Shown: positions 11,346-24,871, counted from the stretch's first letter. The stretch: DNA of 64,000 nucleotides from Scenedesmus sp. PABB004 (GCA_014905635.1 JABVCE010000012.1:62001-126000), one strand, 5' to 3'. Notes: generated by a model from the letters alone, not told the origin. Numbers and translations are program-made.

Positions 11346-13334
11346 CTAGGGCGCCCGCAGGACCTGCTCCGCCGCATACTGGTGCAGCTCGCCGTGCAGC
11401 GCCTGCCACTGCTGCGCAACCTGCCGCGCCTCATGCAGCTGCTGCCGCAGCTGCTCCACGGTGCGCTGCAGCTGCGCCGCGTCCGCCTCGTCGCCGGCGC
11501 CCGTGCCCTCCAGCTGCAGCGGCGCCGCGAGCGCGTCGCCCCCGCCGCCGCCCCCGCCGCCCGCGGCCGCCTGCCGCAGCGCGTCCAGCGGGCTGGCAGC
11601 GTCCGGCAGCAGCCCCGCCTCAGCGGAGATGCCCGCCGCGCCGCTGCCCAGCAGCGCGCCGGTGAGCACCACCGGCGGACCCTCCCACGGCTTGACGGCG
11701 GCGCCGGCGGCGCCCACAAACTTGGCAAACGGCGCCAGCGGCGTCATGCGCTTGGGGCCCTGCCGCCCCCCGAGCCGGCGTGGTGCTGGCCGGCCAGGTG
11801 TGCCGGCCACGCCACGAGCAGCGCCGCGCTGACCGGCAGGCGCGCAGGGCTGGGGATGGTGCGTAGGCACTGCCGGCTGCGCAGGTCCCACACCCGCGCG
11901 CTGCCGTCCTCGCTGCCTGCGACGCGCGCGCGCCGGCGGCGGAGGCGGCGCGGGCAGGTGGGCGCGGCGCGCCGGGGCGCGGCCGTGCGGGGCGGCGAGC
12001 GGCGGGGCGGCGGGCGGCCCCTCACCCGACACCAGCTGCTCGCCGTCGGGTGTGATGGCCAGGCTGCTGATGGCCTTGGTGTGTCCCTCGTAGCAGCAGC
12101 TGCCCGGGCCGCCCAGCACGCCGGCGGGCCCGCGGCCGCTGCTGCCAGCCGCCGCTGCGGCCGGCGCCGCGCCGCCCGCCGGCGGCTGCCCCGTGAGCGA
12201 GGCCTCCCAGATGCTTCCGTCGGCGCAGCCCGCCAGCAGCACGTGCTCCCCCGCGTCCAGCGCCACCGCCGTCACGGCCGCTGGCAGCGCGACACTGCGC
12301 AGCAGCTGCCCCGTCGCCAGCGCCCACAGCTTCACGGTGCGGTCGAGCGACGCCGTCGCCAGGAGCGCGCTGCCCTCGCCGGCGCCGACGTGCAGCGCCG
12401 TCACAGGCAGCGTGTGCTCCGACCTGCACGGCGGCCGGCGGCGGCGGCGGCGCAGGCTCGGCACCCCTGCAGGACCGCCACGGGTGTGCGCACGGCGGCA
12501 GCGGGCCCGGCCCGCGCCGCGGGGGCCGCGGCCCGCCCGCGCCGCTCACCACGTGTGCAGCGGCGCCACGCGCGCCGCGCCCGCGGCCGCCGCCGCCGCC
12601 GCGCCGGGGGCGCCGCGGAGCTCGTCCAGCAGCTCGGCGAGCAGCCACGCGCACACGAGCGTGTCGTCGCCGCCGCTGACGAGGACGCCGCCGGCGTCGT
12701 CAAAGCGCAGCGCGCTCACCGCCTTGTAGTGCGCCGGCCAGCTGCGCAGCAGCCGCCCCGTGGCCGCCTCCCAGACGTACAGCGCGCCGCTCGCGCCGCC
12801 GGCCGCGACGTAGCCGCCGTCGGGGCTGCCCGCGAGCGCGGTGACCGGCTCCTGCGTGAAGCAGCGCTGCAGCACCTGGTCCTGCGCGGCGCAACGGGGC
12901 GGCGCGAGGCGGCGGCGGGCCGGCTGGGCGCGCCGGGGGCGCGCCGGCCGGGGGCGCGCCGGCGCCGCCGCCGCCGCCGCGCTGGCCCGCTTCCTCGCGC
13001 GGTGCTGCGTGCGCTGCGCGCGGCGCGCCTTGTGCCAGGCCCAGACGTGGATCGCGTCCTTGCCGCTCTGCGCCGCCATCACGTAGTCGCTGCCCAGCAG
13101 GCTCAGTCGCCCCCGCCCGCTCGCGTTGCCCTTGTACTGCCCGAGCTGCGTCGCCGTGGCCAGGTCCCTGGGGCGCATCGCCGGCGCGGCGCGCGGCAGC
13201 AGGGTGCGTGGGCGCCGCCGCGTCGGCGGCGCGCTGCATGCGCGGGCGCGCAAGGCGGGGGTCGCTCCGCACCATGCGGTGATGCTGGACTCGCTGGCGC
13301 AGGCCAGGAGCACCACCTGCTGCTGCGCCGCCAT
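11346..13334 (-). CDS. WDR18: WD40 protein WDR18/Ipi3/RID3 (Rix1 complex, pre-60S maturation), multi-exon
   Basis: Spliced exons: MAAQQQVVLLACASESSITAW..., GGYVAAGGASGALYVWEAATGRLLRSWPAHYKAVSAL, VLVSGGDD, EHTLPVTAL...TASLDRTVKLW, GHTKAISSL...SGSEDGSARVWD, and a C-terminal coiled coil. Confidence 0.88.
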
Positions 13335-13924
13335 GGCCGCCGGCGGCTGCCGGCGCTGCTGCCGGCGCCGGCGCGGCGGCTGCGCGTGCGGTCGTGCGCG
13401 GGCGCGGTCGTGCGGCGCGGCCCCGCCGCGACGCGAGGCGGGAGCCGGGAGCGCGTGGGCGCGCGGCGGCGGTGGGAGCAGCAGCGGCGGCGTCGGCGGC
13501 GGCGACGGCAGCGATACGGCGGAAGTGGCGCACGCTCAGAGGGAGCGCAGGCGTGATAAGGTGAGCACGGCGTAGCGCCTGGCAGCGACTGGGCCGGCTG
13601 CGCCGCCGCGGTGCAGTCGACTGAAGCGCAGCGCCCGCACGACGGCGCGCGCGAACAGCTGCCGACTGATCCGGCGCGCACGCGGGACGCCGCAGCGCGC
13701 TTGCCAGAGCTCGCCCGGTGCCCGCCGCACCAGCACGCGGCGGCCGCGAGAGCAGCAGCAGCAGCCCGCGCCGCACACCCTCGCCGGGCACGATGCCGCC
13801 GCCGGTGGCGGCCGCCCGTGTCTGCGCCCCCCTACGGACCCCCCCTGCGCGCCGCGCGTGAGCACGGCCAGCAGCGGCTTGCCGGCGGCGAGCAGCGGCG
13901 GCCGCCGACGGTGCTGCCTGCGCG

Positions 13925-14949
13925 ATGCTCGCGCGCGTCGCTGCCCTGGCGGCGCTCGGAGGCTTCCTGTTCGGGTGCGCCCTGCGGTCAGGCCGCGTGG
14001 GAGGAGCAGCAGCGCCGCCCGTCGCCGGCGCGCCCCACCCGCAACCGCCGCGCCGCCTGCTGCCGACGCGCCGCACACGCAACCACCGCGCCGCGCCGCC
14101 CGCCGCAGCTACGACCTGGGCTTGATCGGCGGCGCGCTGCTGGGCGCGTCGCAGGCGCTCGGCATCACGTCCAACGCGGCCAAGGAGGCCATCGTGGGCG
14201 CCGCCAAGCTCGGCGCCGTCCCTGGCTGCTTCCTGGGTGGACTCCTCATGCTGAGATACGGGCGGCGCCCCGCCATCGCGGCGCAGGCCGCCTTCTTTGT
14301 CGCCGGGCCGCTCCTCATGGCGGCCGCGGCGGGGCCGGGGTGCGCGGCGCGGCCAGCGGCGGCCGGCGGCAGGCGGCGGCGCGTTTACGGGCGGGGGCGG
14401 GCTGCGCAGCGCGGCCAGCGGCCGGCGGCGGCGCGGCCGCTCGCCGCCCGCTCAGCGCCCGCCACCCGGCCGCCGGCGGGGCCTCCCCGCGCGCAGCGCG
14501 CTGATCGCGGGTCGGCTGCTGGTCGGCGTCGGCATCGGCGCGTCGGCGATCGTGGTGCCCGCGTACCTCGCTGAGATCGCGCCCGCCGCCAAGCGCGGCG
14601 CCGTGGTCCAGACTTACGAGGTGCGGCGCGCCGCGGCGCGCTGCGACGTGTGGCGCCGGGCTGGCTGGCGGCGGGCGCGTCCAGGAGGGGGGTCCGCCGC
14701 GAGCGCGCGTCCGCGCCGCGCGCGCGCAGGTCATGCTGACGCTGGGCATGCTGAGCGCGGGCGTGGTGGACTGGGCGCTCATGTCCGCGGTGGGGCCGAG
14801 CGCGTGGCGCTGGATGGTCGGCCTGCCGGCGGCGCCGGGCGCGGCGCTGCTGGCGTCGCTGGCGGTGCTGCCCGAGAGCCCGCGCTGGCTGGTGCTGCGG
14901 GGGCAGCTCGACCTTGCGCTCTCCACGCTGCACAGCATCGTCGCCAGCA

Positions 14950-14983
<34 letters not shown>

Positions 14984-16945
14984 CGCCGACAGCCAGGTGG
15001 GGTGCGCGGCGGGCGCGTGTGGGGCGCGCGCCGCGCGGCGTGCGACCGACGCGCGTGCGGCCGCCGCTGGGCCGCGCTCGCAGGTGCTGGCCAGGGCTGA
15101 GGATGAGCTGCTGCTGCTCTGGTCCAGCGTGCAGAAGGAGCAGGCGGCCGGGCTGAGCCTGCGCCAGCAGGCCGCGGTCGCCGCCAACGGCGGGGCCGCC
15201 AACGGTGCGGCGCACGAGCACGCGCCGGCCGACGGCGCCGCGCAGGCACCCGCCGGCGTCTTCACGGTTGGCGACGAGGCCGACGACGGCGAGGAGGGCG
15301 GCGCGGGGCCCGGGCAGGCGGTGCAGCAGCACCCGCAGCAGCAGGCGCAGCTGCAGCCGCAGCAGGAGCAGCATGAGTGGACTGACGGCCAGGAGGAGCA
15401 GCTGCTGAGCGGCGGCGCGCCGCGCAGCGCGCAGGCCCCGGGCGGCGGCGCGGGCGGCGGCCTGTCGGCGTGGGTGCGCGGCTGGCTGCGGGCGCCGCGC
15501 GGCGCGCGGCGCCCCGGGGCGGGGCCGCCGCTGCACGAGGAGGTCGAGCCGGGGCAGGAGCCGAGCCTGTGGGCAGCAGCGGTGGGCATGGCGGGGGACG
15601 TGATCGCCGTGGCGCGCGGCCCCGAGCGCAAGGCGTTTGGCATCGCCGCCGCGCTCGCGATCTTTGATCAGGTGACCCGCGGCGGCGGCGGCGGCGCCGC
15701 TCGGGGGGCGAGGGGCGCGCGCGCCGCCGAGGCGCGCGCCGGCGCTGGTCAGACCTGCCCGCGCGCGCGCCCGCGCCGCCCGGGCCCGCGGCAGGCCACG
15801 GCCAGCACTGCCGTCATCAACTACGCGCCCGAGGTGGTGTCGACGCTGCTGGGCGTCGAGCAGTCCGGCGCGGTGCTCTACCCCTCCGCCATCGGCCTCG
15901 CCAAGGCGCTCGGCGTGCTCGCCGCGCTGGCGCTCGTGGACCGGCTCGGCCGCCGCCCGCTGCTCATCTGGGGCGGCGCGGGCGCGGGGTGGCGCTCGCG
16001 GGCGCGGCCGTCGCGCTCGCGGGCGGCAGCGTGGCCGCCTTCCTCGCCTTCCTCGCGCTCTTCATGCTCGCGTTCAGCGCCAGCTGGGCGGGGCTCTACT
16101 GGGTGCGCCCCCGCCGCCGCCCCCGCCGCGCGGGGGACGCGCGGCGCGGCGCGCGGGGGCGCGCGGCGCGCGGCGCGGGCGTTGCAAACGCGTGGCACGA
16201 GCTCTCGCGCCACGCGTGGCACGAGCTCTCGCGCCACGCGTTTGCAACGCCCGCGCCGCGCCGCGCGTTTGCAACGCCCGCCGCGCGCCGCACGCCGACG
16301 CCGCCTGCGCGCGCGCGCCGCCTGCGCGCGCGCCAGGTGGTGGTGTCTGAGCTGTTCAGCATGGCGGCCAAGGCCCCCGCGACGTCGGCGGCGACGGCGC
16401 TGCTCTTCCTCACCGGCGCGGCGGTCAACCTGATATTCCTCAGCCTCGTGGCCGCGCTGCGCTGGGGCGCGTTCCTGGGCTTTGCGGGCGTCGCGCTCGC
16501 GTCGGCGGCGTACGTCCACGCGGTGCTGCCCGAGACGCGCGGGCGGAGTCTGATGGATGTACAGGCCATGCTCAAGGCGGCGCCTGCGGCGCGCGGCGCC
16601 GGCGGCGCCGGCGGCGCCGGCGGCGCGGTGGGCGAGGCCGAGCGGCGCTGGCGCTGGGACTGGGGCCGCGCCGCGTCGCCCGGCGCGGCGGCCGCGGCGG
16701 CCGTCGCGGCCGCGCGGCGCGGCGGCGCCGGCGGCCGAGAAGGCGGAGGCGCCAACGCGTCCGGCGCGGCGGCGCGCCTGCTGCACCGGGGGCGCAGTGC
16801 GGACCTCGAGCACTCGCCCCCCTCGGCGGAGGCCTACTGGCAGCGCTGGCTGGAGCGGCAGACGGCCGCGGCCGCCGCGCCGGGCGTGGGGCTGCCGCTC
16901 GGCCTGGAGCTCGCGCGACCGGCGCGGCCGCCGCCTGAGCCCTGA
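13925..16945 (+). CDS. MFS sugar porter (inositol/vacuolar glucose transporter-like), multi-exon; apparent 1-nt frameshift near 15988
   Basis: Sugar-porter motifs ALGGFLFGYDLGLIGGA, YGRRPAI, GRLLVGVGIG...PAYLAEIAP, PESPRWL, VDRLGRRPLLIWG, VVVSELF and LPETRGRSL. Confidence 0.88.
16169..16260. repeat. Intronic inverted repeat (about 28-bp arms) with a tandemly duplicated 24-bp loop
   Basis: CGCGGCGCGGGCGTTGCAAACGCGTGGC ... GCCACGCGTTTGCAACGCCCGCGCCGCG; the loop unit ACGCGTGGCACGAGCTCTCGCGCC occurs twice. Confidence 0.85.
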
Positions 16946-16971
16946 GCCCTCTGGGTGCAGCGGCACGCCGC

Positions 16972-16976
16972 TGTAA
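16972..16976 (+). terminator. TGTAA polyadenylation signal for the sugar transporter
   Basis: TGTAA 27 nt downstream of the stop at 16945. Confidence 0.55.
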
Positions 16977-17264
16977 ACGCGCCCAGTTCGACTGTCGCCG
17001 CAGCGACCGATGGTGGCCGCCGCCGGACGTCGAGCGCGCGCCGAGCGCAGCGGGGCGACCGCCGGCGCTGCCGCCGTGCCGGGGCCGGCCGCGGAAGCAG
17101 CTGAGCACGCGCGGGTCGCTCAACGCGTGTCCCGACCAGTCCATTGAACCTTCTGTGCCCCGGCATCGACCTCTCGGGGCCCCGCTGCGCCGCAGCGGCC
17201 GGAGCTGCTAGCGGCGCCGCTGCTGCCGCCCGCCCGTGCTCGCCCTGCGGCGCGGCCCGCGGCC

Positions 17265-18877
17265 ATGGCGGACCTCCTGGACGTGCTCGGCCTCCAGCGG
17301 CCTTCGGCGGACTGCGTGGCGTGCTTTGAGATCTACGACGTCGCCGCGCTCGACGGTGCGCGGCGCGGCCGCCGCTGCCGTCTCGCCGCCGCGCGCCGCG
17401 CAGGGCTCACGCCGCCGCGCCGCGCCGCGCCGCCCCCGGGCAGGCGGCTCGGAGGCCACCCTGGACGCCCTGGCCGCGCGCTGCACGGCGCTGCTGGAGC
17501 CGCACCTCGCCGGCTACGTCTGGCAGCACGAGCCGCCGCGCCTGCAATCGAGCCTGCGCGCGCCGCCGCCGTGGGCGCTCAAGCAGCGCGGTGAGGGCTC
17601 TCACGCCGCCCCTCTCGCCCGTGTCCGTCCGGCGCGCGGCGCCCAGCCCCCGCCGCGGGCGCGCGCCTGCGCCCGCGCGCCGGCGCACATTGCCGCCCCG
17701 CGCGGCTCGCAGGCAACGCCGCGGCGGCCGGCCGCGCTGCGCCGGCGGGGCCGCCGTGCGTGTGGGGCACCGTGCGGTACGACGGCAACGTGGAGGACGA
17801 GTGGTGGCTGGTGTGGCTGCTGCGCGACCTCACTGCGCGCGCGCCGGGCCTCGCCGCGCGCGTGTGGGACGATGACGGCGAGTTCCTGCTCATAGAGGTG
17901 AGTGAGCTCAGCCCCACTCGGCCGAGCGCCGAGCTGAGCCGAGCGCCGAGCCGGGCCGAGCGCCGCGGGCGCGGCCGGCGGCGCCGCCGGCGGGGCACGC
18001 GCCCGCGCGCCACCGTGGCCGCTGCATCGCGCCGCCGCCGCGTCGCGCCGCAGGCGGCGTACGCGCTGCCGCGCTGGCTCAAGCCGGAGGTGTCGGCGAA
18101 CCGCGTGTGGCTGCGCGGCGGCGCGGTGCACGTCGTGCCGCCGCCCTCGCCCAAGGCGCCCAGCCTGCCCGCGTCGCCGGGCGTGGCCGACGCGCTCGCG
18201 CTGCTCGGCTTCGGCCAGCTCGCGACGCGCAGCGCGCGGTGCGGCGGGCGGCGGCGCTGCTGGGGCGGGGCAGGCGCAGCCGCGCCCGCCCCGCCGAGCC
18301 GCAGCGAGCCGCGCGACCCCACGGGCTCCCCGCTGCGGCACCGCCCGCTCCCCGCGCCCCGCAGCATCGACGCCGCCATCGAGGCGCGCCTCGCCGGCTA
18401 CCCGGCGGCGGCGGTCGCGGCCGCGCGGCAGGCGACGACCGCGTGGCTACCGCGCCGCGCGGCGGCGCTGCTGCGCGCCGAGCCGCAGCTCGTGGCGGGC
18501 GCGGTGGGCGCCTTCATGACCCGGTGAGGCCCCATGGGGCCGCGCGCGGTGCGTGCTGGCCGGCGCGCGCCGGCCTCAACCCGTCCACGCCCGCGCCCGC
18601 GCGCCCGCCGCAGGACGCGGGAGGAGGCGCAGGCGGCCGCGCGCGGCGCGGCCTTCCCGCCGGCAGACATGACGACCGCGCTGGTGACGCTCAATCGCTG
18701 CATGTACGCGCAGCTGCTGCAGGCCGACTTTGCGCCGCCGCGCGCGTGGCCCGCGCCGCCGCGCGACTGGCTGCGCGGCGATGCGGCGCGGCAGGCCAAG
18801 GCCCTGGGCATGGGCGCCAAGCTGGCGGCAGGGCTGGAGATACAGTGTGCCCGCTTGGGCCTGGACGAGGCTGGGCC

Positions 18878-18943
<66 letters not shown>

Positions 18944-20603
18944 ACAGCAGCAGGAACAGCAGGAGCGGCCAGGCGACGGCGGCGTGGCGCCGCCCTCGCC
19001 GGCGCAGCTGGCGTGCAACCCGGCGTGGCGCGAGTACGTGGCGCGCCTGCGGGCCTCGGGCTACTTTGCCGGCGAGCTGGAGGGCTCGGCGCGCCACCGC
19101 GAGCTCAGCGCCGCCGCGGCGGCGGCGTTCGTGGCGAGCCCGGCTTTCGCGGCCGGCGCGGCCGCGGCCGCGGCGCCGGCCGCCCGCCTGCGCGCGCTGC
19201 TCGCGGCCGTCGACGGCGGCGCGGCCGCGGCGGGCGGCGGGCGCGGCGCGGCAGCGCCGGGCCTGTCGCCGGCCGCGGCTGTGCTGGACGCGGACGACCT
19301 GCCTGAGGACGGCGACGCCTGGATGGCTGACACGGTCGCCGCGGCGCAGCAGCAGCTGGAGGCGCACGCGGCGCTCGCGGCGGCGCACGAGGCGCGCCGC
19401 GCGCAGCGCCGCGCCGGCGCTGGCGCCGACGGCGGCGGCGCAGCGGCGGCGGCGGCGGCGGCCGAGGTGGATGCGGAGGAGCTGGTCTCGGGCTTCCGGG
19501 GCTTTGTTGACCACGCGGCAGGCCCAGAGGGCGCAGAGGTGCCTGGCGCGGCACGGAGGGCCGGCGGCGGCGGCGGCGGCAAGGCGCACGACGCGCGGCG
19601 CAGCGGCGCCGCTGCTGCGCGCAGCGGCAGGGCTGGCGGCGGCGGCGGCGGCGGCGTCGAGCTGGACCCGCAGGCGTTCCTGCAAGAGTTGGGGGCCCTG
19701 CTGGGCGAGCCCGGCGCTGGCGGCGGCGGCCGCGGCCGGCCAGGCGCGGCGGCCGCCGGGCAGCGCGGCGCGCCGCCGGGCGGCGACGCGGTGCTAGCGC
19801 AGCTGCAGGCGCTGCAGGCGCAGCTCGCGGCGTGCCTGGCCGACGACGCGGACGGCGCCGCCGCGGCGGGCGCCGCGGCCGCGCTGCGCGGCGGTCGCGC
19901 CGGGCCGGCCGGCGGCGGGAGCGACGACGACTCTGACGACGAGGGCGCCTCCTCCTCTGAAGAGGGGTCCAGCTTCTACGGCTCGGACGACGGCGAGGCG
20001 TCGTTGGAAGAGGAGGGCCCCGGCGACGGCCCGGCGCAGCTGGACATGCCGCCGCCCGTGTCGGCCAGGACGCAGCAGCGGCAGGCGGCGGCGCCGCCGC
20101 AGGCGCAGCAGGCGCAGCAGTGGCAGTTGCCGCCCAGCTTCCAGGCGCAGCGGCTGCGCCAGGACGAGGCGTGGGAGGTGCGCACCGCCACCGACAGCGA
20201 CGACGACGACGCGCTGTCGCTCGGCGGCGGCAGCGACGGCGGCTCTGGCAGCGATGGCGGCTCCGGCACCGACGGCGGCGCCGGCCGCGGCGGCCGCGGC
20301 TTTGTGGACGCGTACGCCGCGGCCCTGGAGGCGGAGCTCGCCGGCACGACGCTCGGCGCGACCTTCGAGCGCGCCGCGGCGCCGCCCGGCGGCGCGGGCG
20401 CGGGCGGCGCTCCCGGCGCGGGCGGCGCTGCGGGCGGCGCTGCCGGCGGCGGCGGTGGCCTCGCGCCGCTGGACGTTGACCTGAACCTCATACGGAGCCT
20501 CGTGTCCTCCTACACGGCGCAGGGCGGGCTGCCGGGGCCGGCGAGCAACCTGGCGGGCCTGCTGGGCGTCGCGCTGCCGACCGAGGTCGCGGAGGAGGAG
20601 TGA
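17265..20603 (+). CDS. ECD: Ecdysoneless/SGT1-domain (hSGT1/ECD) homolog, multi-exon, with polyQ
   Basis: YVWQHEP, WGTVRYDGNVEDEWWLVWLLRDLT, VWDDDGEFLLIEAAYALPRWLKPE..NRVWLRGG, GYFAGELEGS and the C-terminal PLDVDLNLIRSLVSSYTAQGGLPGPASNL. Confidence 0.9.
18879..18962 (+). repeat. (CAG)n coding microsatellite (polyQ) in ECD
   Basis: About 20 contiguous CAG codons followed by GAA/CAG variants. Confidence 0.95.
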
Positions 20604-20802
20604 GCGGCGCCGCGGTTTGGGGCGCGCGCGTGTGACGCGGTCGACGATCGCTCCGCCCATGGGCGCCGCGGCTGACCGCCCCACACTGCAGCTGTCGCCG
20701 CGAGCCAGCCCCGCGCCCGCGCCGCCCTTCGCTGCCACAGCCGCCGCTGCTGCTGCCGCCGCACCAGCCGGCTCGCCGCAGCGAGGGTCGCGAGCCGCCG
20801 CC

Positions 20803-21581
20803 ATGGCGCTCCTGGCCGCTGGCAGGGCGCTGTGCCAAGCCTGGGGCCCCGCAGCGCTCGGGGCGGCCGGCGCGGCCTGCGCGGTGCACGGCATCCGCGC
20901 CTTCTCCGCGGCCGCCGCGGGCACGCGCCTCTACGTGGGCAACCTCAACTTCGGGACCAAGGCGGAGCAGCTGGCGCGGCACTTCCAGGGCTTTGGTGCG
21001 CCCCGCGGCAGCGGCGGGCGGCGGCAGCAGCGGCGGCCACGGCGCGGCGCGCAGGCGCTCGGGCGGCGGCTGCAGCTGCTGGTGCAGCAGGAGGCGCAGG
21101 CGGGCGGTTGGGCAGCAGCAGCGAGGTGCTGCTGGGGCGGGGCGCGCGGCGGCGGCCTGAGCGCCGCCGCGCCGTCTCGCCTGCGCGCAGGCGAGGTCGC
21201 GGACGTGGTGATCCCGCTGGACAGCCTCGGCCGCTCCCGGGGCTACGCCTTCGTCGAGATGGCGAGCGCAGACGGTGGGCCGCGCGCGGCTGCCGGCGCC
21301 CGCCCGGCGGCGCTGCGGCCCGCACCGCCGCGCCGCGGCCCACGCCGCCGCGCCGCGGCCCACGCCGCCGCCGCCCTTCTGCGGCCGTAGGCGCGGCCGC
21401 GGCGACGAGCAGCCTCAACCAGACTGAGTTCATGGGGCGGCAGATCTTTGTGAACGAGGCCCGGCCGCGCGAGGACCGCGGCGACCGGCCTCGGCGGGCG
21501 CCGCGCGAGCGGCGGCCGCGCTATGACGGCGGCGGCGGCGAGCGCGGGCCGCGCGCCGACGGCGGCGGCGACCAGCTGTAG
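20803..21581 (+). CDS. Single-RRM RNA-binding protein, probably organelle-targeted (3 exons)
   Basis: Presequence-like N-terminus ending IRAFSAAA; RNP2 LYVGNLNF; RNP1 SRGYAFVEM; LNQTEFMGRQIFVNEARPR; R/G/D-rich tail. Confidence 0.85.
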
Positions 21582-21842
21582 GGGGCGGCGCGGGCGGCGC
21601 GCGCCGGCGTTGTTTTTGTGGTCGGCGCTCATGCCGCGCCACCGTCGGGCGCTGCCCGGCGGCGCGGGTGGGTCGGAGCGGGGGCGGTGTGCCAGCGCCG
21701 GCCCTGTGCGGCGGCTGGGGCGCGAGCGTGGCGTGTGCCGGCCGTCCGCTGGCCCCCAGGCCAGCGCCCCGGATCGACTGCAACTGGTGCTTCCTCACAC
21801 TCTCTCCCTCTCTCCCTCTCTCTCCAACCGCGCGACGGCCCC

Positions 21843-24800
21843 TCACCCGTTTGTGCCGTGGCGCGCCACCTCACCCTGCTCGCTGGCAGCTGCCCCCGGC
21901 GGCGCGCCCGCCGCCAGCGCCAGCCGCAACGACCTGCGCGTGCGGTGCGTGCCAGGCGCGGGGCCAGCTGCCGCAGCCGCTACCGCCCCCTGCTGCTGCT
22001 GCGGCTGCTGCTCCTCATCCTCCTCCTGCGACGGCTGCTGCACCACGGCCCGCCGCCGTGGCCGGGGCTCCTCTCCTGGCCTGCGCTGCGGCGCCAGCAG
22101 CTTGCGGGGCCTGCGTGCTCCGGCCGGCTCCGGCGTCGACGCCCCCGCCGGGCTCGCGGCCGCCGCCGCCGCCCCGCTCGGCTGCGGCTGCGGCTGCGGC
22201 TGCGGCTGCGGCTGCGGCTGCGGCTGCGGCTGCGGCTGCGGCTGTGGGGGCGGGCGCGGCTGTGGCTGCGGGTGCGGCTGCGGCTGCGGCTGCGGGTGCG
22301 GGTGCGGGTCCTGCTGCTGCTCCAGCGCGCCGCCAAAGAGGGGCCCGAGCACGCCCTCACACGCCCGCAGCCGGTCCAGCAGCAGGCGCTCCGCCGCCGC
22401 CGGCTGCTCGGGCACGGCCTGCTGCCAGGCGCCCCGCTCGACATAGCTCCGCAGTGCCGCCACCTGCAGCTCAATGCTGCGGAGCGCGGCGGCCGCCGCC
22501 GGCGGCACAGCCTGCTGGCCGGCGCCGTCGACGCCGCCAGTGCGCAGCTGCTCCGGCGCCTCCCCCGCCGTGCCGGGCGCGGCGGCCTTGCGCGCCGCGG
22601 CCGCCTTGCGCGCGGCGGCGCCGCGGACAGCTGCAACCGCGGCGGCAGGCGGGCTGCCCGACGCAGCGGCCAGCGCGAGGCCCACGCACACGGGCGCAGC
22701 GCCAGCGGCCGCACGCCGCTCCGGCGCCTGGTGCTGCGCCGGCCCGGCCGCGGCTGCCGCGCCGCCACCGCCGGCAGGCGGCGGCGGCTGCTGGCTGCCG
22801 CCGTCCAACAGCTCGTCCAGCGCGCCGCTCGCAAGGAGGCTCTCCAGCTGCCTGTGCTCCTCCGCCTCCTCACTAGCGCTCCGCGCGGCGACGGGCGGCT
22901 CCGGCACGTGCGGCGCCGCGGCAAACGCGGCCACCACGGGTGCCATGCCGCCGCGGCCGCCCCACGCGCCGCCCGGCGGCGCTGCTGCCACCACCTCCGC
23001 GGCGCAGCTGCCGGCCTCCCCGCCCGCGGCAGGCGCCAGGTGCTGCGCCGCCACCTGCTGCGCCAGCTGCTCGACCTCCTGCTGCTGCCGCCGCGCGGCG
23101 GCGGCTTGCCCACGCCTGCGCAGCAAGGCGCTGAATGCAGCGCGCTCAGAGGCAGCGGTGCGGCGCCAGCCGTCGGCCTGCGCCGCGACAGCGCCCAGGT
23201 TGCACCAGCCGACCCCAGCGCGCCTGCCAGCTGCGGGCGTCTGCGCTGCGGCCAGCGGCACGGGCGCCGGCGCTGGCGCGCTCGCCGCCCCGGCCGGGAC
23301 AGCGTGCTCGCCGGCGCTGGCGGCAGCGCTCGCGCCCGTCTGCTGCGCGGCCGGCGCCGCCGCTGGGCGCTGCACCGCGAGCCTGCTGCGCTTGCCCAGC
23401 GTCGCCGAACGCGACCTGCCCAGCCGCGCGCGTGACGCCGGCGCGGCCGCTTCGGCCGCCGCGGCGCCGGCTGCCGGCGCCGACGCGGCCCTCACCACCG
23501 CCGGCACCGGCGCCAGCGCAGGCGCCGGCGCCTGCGCGGCCGGGGCCGCCGCACCGCCCGCGCACAGCGCGCCCGCGACGGCCGCGGCCGGCGCCGGCGC
23601 CGGCGCGCGGGGCTCGCCGGCGGCGCCCGCCTGCACGGTGGCGAGCGGCGCCGCGCCGCCCGGCGGCGCGGCGGTCGCACCGCCAGCGTCCGGCGCACCG
23701 CGAGCGCCTGCCGCCGCGGCGGGCGGGGCGCCCATTGACAGGAAGCGCCGGGGGAAGAGCTTGCGACCCGCCCGGCCGACCAGCACGCCGCCGGTGACAT
23801 AGTTGCCCGTCTGCAGCGCCGCAGCGGGCGCCGGCAGCGCAGGCGCGGGCGCGGGCGCAGCGTTGCCCGGCTGCTCCGCCGCGCACGCGGCGCCGGGGGC
23901 CAGTGCCTCAACGGCCTGCACCCGCCGCCGCCGCCGCTGCGCCTTCTTTTTGAGCGGCCGGCCCAGGCGCTGCCGCCGCAGGCTCGCCAGCAGCGCGCTC
24001 GCGCGCGCGGCCGCCGCGTCCGCCGCCGCCTCCTCGCCGGCCGCCGCGAGCGCAGCGGCGTCGCGCTCCTCAGCCAGCGCCTGCTCCAGCAGCGGCGCGA
24101 GCGGCTGGTGCAGCGCGCCGCGGTCGATTGCGCCGTGCTGCTGCTCCAGCGCCGCCAGCATGGCGCCGAGGGGCCAGGCCCTCGCGGCGGCCTGGCGCCG
24201 CGCCTGCGCAGCGGCCTGCTGCCGCTGCCGCGCCGCGCCCACCAGGCGCTGCGCCGCCGCGCGCTTGCTGCTGCCCGGCCGCGCCCCGCTGCCGCCCCAG
24301 CCGGCCGCCAGCGACAGCGTCGCACTGCCAGACAGCGTGGCGCCGCCCAGGCCTAGCCGCGAGCGCGCGCCCAGGGGCGGGCCGAGCCGCATGCTGCCCA
24401 GCATGGGCGGGGCGCAGCGCCCCAGGCGCCGCCTGCTCGCCCACAGCGCGTCCAGGCCCACGGCAACGCTGCTGCCGCCGCCGTCGAGCGCGGAGCCGCC
24501 GGCACCCAGCGTGGGGCTGGCGCGCGGCCACAGCGACGCCAGGTCCCAGCTGGGCTCGGCGCCGGTCGCGCCCACCGTGTCGGCAGCCGCCGCGGCCTGC
24601 AGCTGCCGCCGCAGGCCGCGCACCGCGCCGGCCGCGCTGTCTGGCAGCGCCTCCCACACGGCCCCCAGGCGCAGCCCGTTGGCTTGCTCTGCGGCGGCGC
24701 GGCGCGGCGCGGGCGGCGGCGTGGTGGTGAGGCAGCGACGGACCGCGCACGCCACGCGGACGGGGGCGCCCATCCCGCAACCGCGCTGCGCAGCGGGCGC

Positions 24801-24871
24801 CACGGGGCGGCAAGCCCGCCACGCACCCAGCTTGAGCAGCATGGCCAGCACGAGCGCGCCGGGCGACAGCC

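Noticed and set aside
15984..15990. Frameshift suggesting a sugar-transporter pseudogene or programmed frameshift
   Set aside because: One base is missing in a G run; the same pattern occurs at about 53743 (FO synthase) and 48264 (cassette B), so a homopolymer assembly error is most likely. Raw reads would settle it.
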